From the NCBI GenBank assembly GCA_963828525.1, contig CAWHEP010000009.1, forward strand, positions 96,001 through 160,000: a DNA stretch of 64,000 nucleotides, read 5' to 3'. Within the stretch, counting starts at the first letter, position 1; the number at the start of each line of letters is the position of its first letter. Below, one piece after another: positions 1 to 8,231 of this stretch. The position numbers were made by a program, and so were the translations under genes. The notes beneath the pieces were generated by a model. The model worked only from the letters and a program-made list of their open reading frames with translations, was not told the origin of the DNA and made no database searches. The stretch is from an uncultured Verrucomicrobiae bacterium (GTDB lineage: Bacteria; Verrucomicrobiota; Verrucomicrobiia; Chthoniobacterales; Chthoniobacteraceae).

Positions 1-407
1 TTCGCGCCTTCCTCGTTCCGCAGGGGTTCATCTGGCCGAAAGGGACTCACAAAAGCGGCATGGAAATCGAATCCTTCCCTGAAATGCTCGATCGAATCTT
101 CATCTGTCTTTCGGAAGACTCCAGCGCGAATAAGGCTGAAAACGATCTCCCCGATATCCTCGCAGCGCCGTATTCCCCAGTAAGCGAATACTGTTAACAC
201 CATCGGCCCGAACTCTTTCAACGCGAACTGCCGCACCCCATCCAGGAGCTCGTGGCCCGACACGTGCCTTGAAACGTCTTCCTTTTTCTTCCGCTGCTTT
301 GTCGTGAAATCCAGCGCGTTTTTTATGAAAAGATAGGCTTCCCGGTCATAGCGATTATCGCTCGCAAGGATCGCGTCAACGGCTTCCGGGAATCCGACCT
401 TCTGCAT
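1..407 (-). CDS. Minf_1886-family (Planctomycetes/Verrucomicrobia conserved) protein, 3' end runs off window
   Basis: Manual translation from ATG at 407: MQKVGFPEAVDAILASDNRYDREAYLFIKNALDFTTKQ...RHVSGHELLDGVRQFALKEFGPMVLTVFAYWGIRRCEDIGEIVFSLI...; the RY..EAY.F, HVSG.ELL.G and WGI...ED.GEIVF motifs are typical of this family. Not in the ORF track because it has no stop in the window. Confidence 0.85.
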   Translation of the reverse strand, partial: MQKVGFPEAVDAILASDNRYDREAYLFIKNALDFTTKQRKKKEDVSRHVSGHELLDGVRQFALKEFGPMVLTVFAYWGIRRCEDIGEIVFSLIRAGVFRKTDEDSIEHFREGFDFHAAFVSPFRPDEPLRNEEGA

Positions 408-412
408 GTGAG

Positions 413-547
413 CTAGTGTCCCGCCTCGGAAAGGGCGGTTGGAACCTTCCGCGTCGACACTCGGTAGCAATGCGCAATCGACCCCCCGACAAGCGAGGTC
501 AGTATGAACACGACAACCAGTTGCTCCCGGACCGTCAGAGAAACCAT
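413..547 (-). CDS. Small single-pass membrane protein (44 aa), hypothetical
   Basis: MVSLTVREQLVVVFILTSLVGGSIAHCYRVSTRKVPTALSEAGH*; one hydrophobic helix; promoter just upstream; stop is 5 nt from the next ATG (407). Confidence 0.6.
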   Translation of the reverse strand: MVSLTVREQLVVVFILTSLVGGSIAHCYRVSTRKVPTALSEAGH

Positions 548-574
548 TTGCTGGAGGAATTCAATCAGACGTCA

Positions 575-603
575 AGCCTATGCGCGAAGCCGCCCAGCGT
601 CAA
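575..603 (-). promoter_or_regulatory. Sigma70-type promoter (TTGACG-N17-TAGGCT)
   Basis: Minus-strand -35 at 603-598 and -10 at 580-575, 17-nt spacer; same -10 hexamer as the rpsU promoter. Confidence 0.6.
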
Positions 604-648
604 GAGCACCCCAGCTCGCGAAGTTCGTTGGAAATCAGGCTGACTCTT

Positions 649-1728
649 CTATACCCGAGGCTGCTGCTGCGTGAGGCAGTGAAAGGCGCCAAGACCCCAG
701 ATCAACTCCCTGCAGTCAATCGGAACGATCTTCCGCGTGGGAAGGGCGTTTTTCAGCACTGCCACAGCCCAAGCGTCGTTCGTATCCGAGAATGTCGGAA
801 GCAGCACCACCTCATTGCCGATATAAAAGTTCGCGTAGCTCGCTGGAAGCCGCTGCCCCTGGCGCACGATCTTCCCGGGCATCGGCAGGGTGAAAACGTC
901 CAGAGGTGATCCATCCTCGGCCTGCATCTCGCGCAATTTTGCCAGGTTCTTCTGCAAGGGAAGGTGATTCGCGTCCTCGGGGTCCTCCTCAATGGCGGTG
1001 ACCACCTGTTTAGGACCCACGAATCGCGTAATATCGTCCACGTGTCCGTCCGTATCATCTCCCTCAATGCCATCTCCCAGCCACAGAATGCGCTGGACGC
1101 CCAGAAAATCGGTCAGCTTCTTTTCGATGTCCTTTCGCGTGAGTTCGGGGTTTCTGTTTGGGTTGAGGAGGCAGGACTTCGTTGTCAGCAGGCTGCCCCG
1201 CCCATTCACGTCGATTGATCCACCCTCGAGTACCATGTGAGGTCGAAAGCACTGGATGCCGAGGCGCGCTGCGATATGCAAGGGAACGTCATCATCGAAA
1301 TCGAACGGCGGGTATTTCCAGCCCCACGCGTTGTAATCCCAGTCCACCGCCGCCAGCCTGGGTTCCAGGTCACGCACCAGGAAGGTTGGGCCGTGGTCGC
1401 GACACCACGGTTCATTCGTCCGTATCTGAAAGAAAGAAACCGCGTCGGAGTCCACTCGCGCCTTTTCAAGATGTGACCGCGCCTCCGATTCCTGCTCCGG
1501 GTCGTTTACGTTGATGTGAACGCGCTCGCCCCCGGTGAGAGCCTTCACCATTTTGCACAGAATCGGCGGGATGGCCTCGTAGGAATCAGGAAAGCTGATC
1601 CCCTCCTTTCGTGGCCATGAGAGCCACGTTGCTTCATGAGGTTCCCATTCCGCGGGCATGCGGAAGCCCAGTTGCGCGGGCGTAAGAGCCTCGGATGCGT
1701 TCGCGTCACCGACGGGTTGTTCCGCCAT
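649..1728 (-). CDS. aguA: Agmatine deiminase family protein
   Basis: MPAEWEPHEATWLSWP, WCRDHGP, LEGGSID, DTDGHVD, SYANF and GAFHCLTQQ motifs; start at MAEQPV (1728), 5 nt after the aguB stop. Confidence 0.93.
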   Translation of the reverse strand: MAEQPVGDANASEALTPAQLGFRMPAEWEPHEATWLSWPRKEGISFPDSYEAIPPILCKMVKALTGGERVHINVNDPEQESEARSHLEKARVDSDAVSFFQIRTNEPWCRDHGPTFLVRDLEPRLAAVDWDYNAWGWKYPPFDFDDDVPLHIAARLGIQCFRPHMVLEGGSIDVNGRGSLLTTKSCLLNPNRNPELTRKDIEKKLTDFLGVQRILWLGDGIEGDDTDGHVDDITRFVGPKQVVTAIEEDPEDANHLPLQKNLAKLREMQAEDGSPLDVFTLPMPGKIVRQGQRLPASYANFYIGNEVVLLPTFSDTNDAWAVAVLKNALPTRKIVPIDCRELIWGLGAFHCLTQQQPRV

Positions 1729-1733
1729 ATACT

Positions 1734-2621
1734 CTAGTCCGAAAAGCGCCGGTCGATTTGAGAATAGGCGTCGATCCTGCGATCTCGAAAGAAGGGCCAG
1801 TGCGAGCGCTGCTCTCCGACACGCGCGAGATCGATCTCCGCGATCAGGATCTCCTCCTTTTCGGCGCTTGCCCGAGCGAGCACAACGCCATCGGGCCCGC
1901 AAATGAAGCTCTGACCCCAGAAAACAATGCCTGCCCCGTCCACCGGGGTTTCATGACCGACTCGATTTACCGCTGCCACGAAGCAGCCATTGGCGATCGC
2001 GTGACTCCGCTGCATGGTCTCCCACGCGTCGTGCTGCGACTCGCCAAACCGCTCGCGCTCAGAAGGGTGCCAGCCAATCGCCGTGGGATAGAAGAGAATC
2101 TCAGCGCCCTGCAGGGCAGTCAGTCGAGCCGCCTCCGGAAACCACTGATCCCAACAGACGCACACACCCACTTTTCCGTATCCCGTGTTCCACGCGCGGA
2201 AGCCAAGATCGCCAGGCGTGAAGTAGAACTTCTCATAGTAAAGGGGGTCATCCGGGATGTGCATTTTCCGATATTTGCCAAGATACGCGCCGTCATTGTC
2301 CAGGACAGCCGCGGTATTATGATAAATGCCTGGGGCCCGCTTTTCGAACAGGGAGCTGACGATCACCACCCCATTCCGCCGAGCCGCGTCGCCCAGCGCT
2401 GCTGTCGAAGGACCTGGTATTTCCTCCGCCAGCGCGAAGTGCGCATGATCCTCGGACTGGCAGAAGTATTGGGATCGAAACAGTTCAGGCAGGCAGACCA
2501 CATTTGCGCCCGACGCAGCCGCTTGCGTGATCTTCTCCAGGGCGTTCGCCATGTTCTCCTCTGGCTCTGCCGCGCAGAGCATCTGGACCAGGGCAACCGT
2601 CACTTTCGAGGGGGAATGCAT
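1734..2621 (-). CDS. aguB: Carbon-nitrogen hydrolase, probable N-carbamoylputrescine amidase
   Basis: Nitrilase triad motifs LPELF, YRKMHIPDDP and VCWDQWFPE; directly upstream of agmatine deiminase. Confidence 0.9.
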   Translation of the reverse strand: MHSPSKVTVALVQMLCAAEPEENMANALEKITQAAASGANVVCLPELFRSQYFCQSEDHAHFALAEEIPGPSTAALGDAARRNGVVIVSSLFEKRAPGIYHNTAAVLDNDGAYLGKYRKMHIPDDPLYYEKFYFTPGDLGFRAWNTGYGKVGVCVCWDQWFPEAARLTALQGAEILFYPTAIGWHPSERERFGESQHDAWETMQRSHAIANGCFVAAVNRVGHETPVDGAGIVFWGQSFICGPDGVVLARASAEKEEILIAEIDLARVGEQRSHWPFFRDRRIDAYSQIDRRFSD

Positions 2622-2751
2622 GACGCGCGAATACTAGCCGAGACTTCAAATTGGGGGAACAGGAAAAATAGGAAGACCGCCGTCCACAGGTATGGCCGAG
2701 CATCCTCGAAGAGAAACTCTCAGCAGCTCGACGCGGGAGGGAATTCCCTCG

Positions 2752-3131
2752 CTTCCACGTTAGCACCCTCACCCCCTCAACTGCGCAGAAATGACGGTCG
2801 CGAGTTAGAATTGCAAGTGAGTGCTGCCTGGCAAGCGCCGCGATCCAAATAACATTGTCCGGGATAGGCTTCCCAGCTTTGCGTAACTCACGGCGAATCG
2901 ACCCGTAATGGCTAGCAGTTTCCCCGTCGATCAAAAGAATAATGCAGTCCCGGATCAGATCCCGGAATCCACCGTGCAGCGCGCTTTTGGCGGGCGCGCT
3001 GTGTAGCCCAAACATCACTTCGCCTGACACAATTGCCGGTATCTCGATACCGGATGCCTCGGCTATGATAGCGTGAACCTGTTTCGGTGCCTTTCAGCCA
3101 ATCCGACAGGGCGTTGGTTATCCAGAATCAC
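2752..3131 (-). pseudogene. vapC: VapC-type PIN toxin pseudogene
   Basis: GTG-ILD/TNALSDWLKG...IPAIVSGE...YGSIRRELRKAGKPIPDNVIWIAALARQHSLAILTRDRHF; two +1 frameshifts (~3118, ~3083); conserved ND changed to NV; no stop after LTW. Confidence 0.8.
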
Positions 3132-3205
3132 TCCCAGTCACCGGGGAAGACGCGCTCGCACTCACGTTCGATGATCTTCTCGATAACTGCGAGCTGCGCC
3201 TTATA
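3128..3205 (-). pseudogene. C-terminal remnant of a VapB-like antitoxin
   Basis: AQLAVIEKIIERECERVFPGDWE*; its TGA overlaps the vapC GTG (GTGA); no intact N-terminus found upstream. Confidence 0.45.
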
Positions 3206-3352
3206 TTTTGCGCAAAATGGGAAGGCGGAGGAATTAAATTGACGGGGATATCCGTCGCATTTGATTCCTTTCTCAAACTGCACCTCTGGAAGATCGTGTC
3301 TTGACCGCTTCTCGCCTATCGGGCGGCGATATAAGCCCTCACAAAGAGGTCA

Positions 3353-4159
3353 CTACCCCCCCACTGCCTGGTAATGACGCACGCCAACGGCCCACATGAC
3401 CCGCGCCAGAATCCACATGGCGATCAGCCATCCAGTTTGGATCATCAGACCCGTATAAAGCTCCCTGCCATGAACCCGCTCCAGGAAGATGGAAACCGGG
3501 AAAAATATTTCATATGTGAAGGGAAGCCATCTCTCAATGACCTGAACCCAGCCCGGCATGATATCGATCGGGAACATCTGCCCGCTCAAAAAATATTCGA
3601 ACGAGTAGAGGATGAATACGATGGTGGAGATTTCCAATATCCAAAAAGCCATCATCGCCAAGGCATAGGCGATGAAGAACTGGATGAACGCGGCCATGGC
3701 TAGCGAGAGAGCGAAAAAGAACCATGTGATGCCCTGGTGGGGAAAGACAACCACTGCCCGAAAGTATAGAAAGACCAGCGCGACGGGGAGCAGCGTGACG
3801 AACGTGTACAGGGCGCGGCTGCTGAGGAAGAGACTGACGCGGTGGCCGAGATAATTCAGCGGCTTGGTCAGGAACGCGTTTATGAGGCCATCGCGGATTT
3901 CCGCCGCGATCTGCCATTCATCCTCGGTGGGCGTCACCATGCTGTTCACCAGCATGGTGAGCAGAAAGTAGAAGATCATTGAGGAGTAACCGTAGCCTCC
4001 GATGTCTCCCTTGCGTTCAGCGAAGATGGCTTTCCAGATGAAGACCATGCCAACGAGAGGCACAAAGCCAAACGTAGAACGCAGGAAAAAATTCCAGCGA
4101 TAGACAAAGGTGTTCTGAAGCCCAATGTCAAAGACCTTGATGTACTTGGAGATGGACAC
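3353..4159 (-). CDS. ABC-2 family transporter permease (DUF990-like)
   Basis: Six hydrophobic segments; IAAEIRDG.IN.FL.KP, LSGQMFP.D and C-terminal YQAVGG motifs. Confidence 0.85.
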   Translation of the reverse strand: MSISKYIKVFDIGLQNTFVYRWNFFLRSTFGFVPLVGMVFIWKAIFAERKGDIGGYGYSSMIFYFLLTMLVNSMVTPTEDEWQIAAEIRDGLINAFLTKPLNYLGHRVSLFLSSRALYTFVTLLPVALVFLYFRAVVVFPHQGITWFFFALSLAMAAFIQFFIAYALAMMAFWILEISTIVFILYSFEYFLSGQMFPIDIMPGWVQVIERWLPFTYEIFFPVSIFLERVHGRELYTGLMIQTGWLIAMWILARVMWAVGVRHYQAVGG

Positions 4160-4178
4160 TGTGAGAATCCCGAACCAG

Positions 4179-5495
4179 TCAGAGCGGCTCGACTGTGTTC
4201 ACCCCATTGGTGATCGTCCACGCGTCAGCAAGCGGCATCCTCTTCTTCTCGTGCCCTGGCCCCCATGAATCGGAGTAGAGGATTTCGTGTTTCGCATGGT
4301 TATAGCCGATGATGAGGCGCATGTGGCCTCCAAATCCGTGGATCGGGGGATTTTCCGGCGCCAGCCCGGCAACGACGCTCCAGAGAAGCGGTATGCCCGC
4401 GTCCACATGTGTCTCGACCGCTTTCTCAAAACGGTCCGCTTCGGCAGGATTCTTCATCCGGACTTCGCGGAACAGTTCAAACTTCATCTGGCGGTAGATC
4501 GTTCCCAAGTTGCCCTCCGGCTGATAAATATCCACTTCATCCGCGACGCGGCCTTTGCGCGTGAGGCGGTTGTACTCGTTGATGTTCGTGATGAGCTTCT
4601 TTAGATCGAACGGCTCGATTACGCGCGTCTTCACGCGCAGGCGGGCCGCGAGCCTCCGGAGGGCCTCAAACATCACACGGCAATCCGTTCCCACCGTGGA
4701 ACTGTTCGCGGCTTGCGCCAGCTCATTCTGATCCACCTTCTGCCCATAGTACCGCAGCACTCGTTCAACACTGGCATCCACACAATAACCTTTGGCCCCT
4801 TGGTCCACCATCGGGATGCCATCGATGCAGACATCCCCATCCGCGCTTTTTCTGACATGCGCCGGCCCTGAGAAGACTTGATCGCCCTTTGGTGGGAGGG
4901 TCTGCTCCAGAAGACCCTTTTGCCGCTCCGCCGGGGTGACTTCCAGCCTGACGAACTCCGCCCGGAACGGGATGCCTCTGGTTTTGAGTTCGCGAGTGCT
5001 GCTATATTCCAGCAGGAAACGTGAGCGCGCCGTCTGCCACACCATGCTTTCCGCCTTTACGGCGTTGGCCGCGTCCTTGCCTCGCGCAACGCCTGCGGTT
5101 CCCGTGAACCGGGTGAGCGCGTTTTCGCAGTTGCCGAGCAGCAGCGCAAAGTCATCCTTTGAGAGTTCGCCGTTATCGCCGCGATCATAGAAAAGGAAAT
5201 CCAATTCCTTAAGCCGGCCCGTTTCGAAGCGCGCAAGCGCTTGGGTAATCGGGTTTTGGAAAAGCTGGAGGCCTGGCATATACGCTTGCGCGATGGCGCG
5301 CGCCGCCGAGTTCCACCGAAACCCGAGATGTCCGTACGCCGCGAGGAACTGATCCCCGCCACACTCCCATAGCGCGTCATTCTGGAGCACCTCGTCGAGA
5401 GGCGCGCGAGGTGGCGGGGGATTCCCCCGGACGCCATGGGCCCCGAGGCAGCAGATTATCACGCTCGCCAACGCGCGCGCTAAGCGGGGTCTCAT
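4179..5495 (-). CDS. Secreted protein with C-terminal C39-like papain-fold cysteine peptidase domain
   Basis: Signal peptide; DQGAKGYC (Q/C), GGHMRLIIGYN (H) and YSDSWG (D). Confidence 0.75.
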   Translation of the reverse strand: MRPRLARALASVIICCLGAHGVRGNPPPPRAPLDEVLQNDALWECGGDQFLAAYGHLGFRWNSAARAIAQAYMPGLQLFQNPITQALARFETGRLKELDFLFYDRGDNGELSKDDFALLLGNCENALTRFTGTAGVARGKDAANAVKAESMVWQTARSRFLLEYSSTRELKTRGIPFRAEFVRLEVTPAERQKGLLEQTLPPKGDQVFSGPAHVRKSADGDVCIDGIPMVDQGAKGYCVDASVERVLRYYGQKVDQNELAQAANSSTVGTDCRVMFEALRRLAARLRVKTRVIEPFDLKKLITNINEYNRLTRKGRVADEVDIYQPEGNLGTIYRQMKFELFREVRMKNPAEADRFEKAVETHVDAGIPLLWSVVAGLAPENPPIHGFGGHMRLIIGYNHAKHEILYSDSWGPGHEKKRMPLADAWTITNGVNTVEPL

Positions 5496-5614
5496 CGCTC
5501 CATTGTAAACGGCTTCCGCTCAACTGTCAGCGCGGCGCGCCATAAAATTTCGGGCGACCGCTTTTCTGCTGCCGTGACACCGCGAGCGGGCATGGTATTC
5601 TGCCCGCTCTTCCC

Positions 5615-6937
5615 TTGATCTCCCCGACCGAAATAATCGAGCCGAATGGTTCCCCCGTCAGCTCCAGGCTCGGTAGCCTGCGCTGGTGGATCCTGGGATT
5701 GGTGTTTTCCGCGACAGTCATCAACATCCTGGATCGCCTTTCCGTTTCGGTGCTTGCGCCCGTCATTCGCGCCCAGCTTCATCTGACCAACCTCGATTAC
5801 GCTGAAGTCGGAACATGGTTCCTGCTTGCCTACACTATCAGCCAGGGCCTGTCGGGAGTGATGCACGATCGCATTGGAGCTAAGCGAGGCTTCGCTGTCT
5901 CGATCACTGTTTGGTCCTCAGCCGCCCTTCTGCACGCGCTCGCTGGTGGCTTCACCAGCCTCTGCGCCTTCCGCGTTCTGCTCGGCTTGGGCGAAGGGGG
6001 AAACTGGCCGGGAGCCGTCAAGGTCATCACCAATTGGTTCCCCGCGCGCGAGCGGGCCATCGCTATCGGCATCGTAAACGGCGGATCCTCCGTCGGCGCG
6101 ATGGTCGCTCCTCCCATCATCGTCTGGCTGCAATATCAATTCGGCTGGCAATCCGCTTTCCTTGCCACCGGCGCTCTCGGCTTCATCTGGCTGGCAGCGT
6201 GGCTGGCATTCTACCAGCCTAGTGATACCCATCCCCGCCTCAGCGCTGTTGAACGGAAATACATTTGCGAGAATCGCCAGTCCCTTCCTGTGATCTCATC
6301 GCAAGACACCGAGCAGGCGCCCCGCTGGATCGCCCTGCTGGGCATGCGGCGCGTCTGGGCCATCGTTCTGGCGCGCCTCTTCGTCGATCCCGTCTGGTGG
6401 TTTTACATCCTCTGGCTGCCTGAGTACCTCAACAAGTCACGCGGGATCAGCCTCCAGAGAATCGGCGCGCTCGCGTCCCTGCCATTCATCGCGGCAGGCG
6501 CGGGCGGATTATTGGGAGGCGCTCTTTCCGGTTACCTCATTGGGAAGGGCTGGGCCACGCATCGCGCCCGCAAGGCGGTGATCATCGCGGCGGCCAGCAT
6601 AATGCCGAGCGGCATCCTCGCTGCTCACGCTGAGACCACTGCTGGGGCCCTGTTCTGGATCAGTGTCGTCACCTTCGGCTTCCAGGTCTGGATCAGCAAC
6701 GTGCAGGTGCTTCCCAGCGACCTTTTCCCTGCCCGCAGCGTGGCTAGCGTCGCCGGACTGGGCGGAGTCGGAGCTGGCATCGGGAGCATGGCGTTCACCC
6801 TCCTCACAGGATGGGTGGTTGATCATTTCTCCTACTCACCCATCATTACCACTGCGGCGCTTTTGTGTCCCGTGGGCACCGTGGCGCTCTTCGCGCTTCT
6901 TGGCCGAATACAACCCGCCAGTGAACAACCTGTCTAA
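5615..6937 (+). CDS. MFS transporter, ACS/ExuT-like hexuronate transporter
   Basis: INILDR, DRIGAKRG, GLGEGGNWPG, WFPARERA and DPVWWFYILWLP motifs; about 12 TM segments. Confidence 0.85.
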   Translation: MISPTEIIEPNGSPVSSRLGSLRWWILGLVFSATVINILDRLSVSVLAPVIRAQLHLTNLDYAEVGTWFLLAYTISQGLSGVMHDRIGAKRGFAVSITVWSSAALLHALAGGFTSLCAFRVLLGLGEGGNWPGAVKVITNWFPARERAIAIGIVNGGSSVGAMVAPPIIVWLQYQFGWQSAFLATGALGFIWLAAWLAFYQPSDTHPRLSAVERKYICENRQSLPVISSQDTEQAPRWIALLGMRRVWAIVLARLFVDPVWWFYILWLPEYLNKSRGISLQRIGALASLPFIAAGAGGLLGGALSGYLIGKGWATHRARKAVIIAAASIMPSGILAAHAETTAGALFWISVVTFGFQVWISNVQVLPSDLFPARSVASVAGLGGVGAGIGSMAFTLLTGWVVDHFSYSPIITTAALLCPVGTVALFALLGRIQPASEQPV

Positions 6938-6992
6938 CGGCGCGATTTTTTTAATGAGAATCCCCCCTCCATCCAGGAAGCCATCCTCTGTG

Positions 6993-7784
6993 ATGAAGCT
7001 CACCTTTTGCGCTCCGCTGTTTTTGCTTCTACTCGCCACCACAGCGCTCGCCTCGGAGCTGGATCAGAGACTCGCGGCGGCTCAGCTCCTTGAAACCGCC
7101 GCTCTGGTCCACCCCGCTCCCGCTGACACCTCCAAATTTGCGCAGGTTTCGGCTGCGTATCAGAAGCTCGTGGCGGAGTATCCCTCCGAGTCCCGCGCTC
7201 ATGCCGCGCGAGCCGAATGGCTGTGGTCGATCAACGAAAAAGCAAACTCCCTCAGCGAATGGCAGGCTGCGGAAAAGCTGGACCCGCGCAGCGCGCGTGT
7301 CGCGGACGCCTTGGGCGAATGCGCCCTTGCGCAAGGGGACTGGAACGCGGCCTCCGCCTGGTTCCAAAAATCCGTTTCCCTGGAGCCAGCGAACTCCGCC
7401 TTCCACTTCGACCTCGCAAACGTCTGGTTTCTCGGCCGCCATCAGATCGGACGCTCTACCGGCGCCGGTGATGGCGAAAAAAGCGCGCTCGCCGAGTTCA
7501 AACAAGCCACGACGCTGGCGCCATTTAACATCGAATACGCTCGCGCGTACGCAGAGACCTTCTACGGAATGGAAAACCCGGATTGGCGCGAGGCTTTGCA
7601 AGCGTGGAACCACTACCGGGAGATCGCCAACAGCGACAACTTCGCCTGCGTGAACATCGCGCGAATCGACATCAAACTCGATCTCCCGGGAGACGCTCGG
7701 CGGGTTCTCGGGAACGTGCGAGGTAAAGACTTCGATCCCGTCAAAGCCCATCTGCTCACCGAAATCAAGGCCCTTGAGCATTAG
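6993..7784 (+). CDS. Secreted TPR-like helical repeat protein
   Basis: Signal peptide MKLTFCAPLFLLLLATTALA; repeated A..LDP/LEP/LAP helix-turn units. Confidence 0.7.
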   Translation: MKLTFCAPLFLLLLATTALASELDQRLAAAQLLETAALVHPAPADTSKFAQVSAAYQKLVAEYPSESRAHAARAEWLWSINEKANSLSEWQAAEKLDPRSARVADALGECALAQGDWNAASAWFQKSVSLEPANSAFHFDLANVWFLGRHQIGRSTGAGDGEKSALAEFKQATTLAPFNIEYARAYAETFYGMENPDWREALQAWNHYREIANSDNFACVNIARIDIKLDLPGDARRVLGNVRGKDFDPVKAHLLTEIKALEH

Positions 7785-7839
7785 AATAACTTATCGATCG
7801 CAACCATTACCAGTGTCCGAAAAAATCTCAACGCCGCCA

Positions 7840-7868
7840 TTGACTACCCAAACCAGACCCCGTAGGCT
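7840..7868 (+). promoter_or_regulatory. Sigma70-type promoter of rpsU (TTGACT-N17-TAGGCT)
   Basis: Near-consensus -35 with a 17-nt spacer; AAGGAG Shine-Dalgarno before ATG 7936. Confidence 0.7.
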
Positions 7869-7935
7869 TTTCCTCCGCACGTCGGATTTACAACAACTTT
7901 CAGGAAAACAAGATTTAGTAACGCCAAGGAGTCTC

Positions 7936-8139
7936 ATGCCAGAAGTAATTGTTCGGAAGGGTGAACCCATCGACAGAGCGCTTAAGCGCCTCAAGAATAA
8001 GCTCGATGCCGAAGGGATCATGGATGAGGTCCGCCGTCTCCGAGCCTTTGAGACCCCAAATCAGAAAGTCCGCCGCAAAGCCAAAGCCAACGCCAAGCGC
8101 GGCAAAATGAAGTTCCGCTTCAACGCTGGCGGCGGATAG
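7936..8139 (+). CDS. rpsU: 30S ribosomal protein bS21
   Basis: MPEVIVRKGEPIDRALKRLKNKLDAEGIMDEVRRLRAFETP; SD upstream. Confidence 0.95.
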   Translation: MPEVIVRKGEPIDRALKRLKNKLDAEGIMDEVRRLRAFETPNQKVRRKAKANAKRGKMKFRFNAGGG

Positions 8140-8231
8140 TCCGCAAGGAGCCTCGCAAGGGGCAAAATTTGTGGGGCATCAGGGCAAAAACCCCCTGGGT
8201 GGGTAGGAGGGCGCGCCTCAGAGAGGCATCC

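Noticed and set aside
1695..2852. 385-aa plus-strand ORF antisense to aguB
   Set aside because: No recognisable motifs; shadow frame expected from GC-rich codon bias opposite a clear gene.
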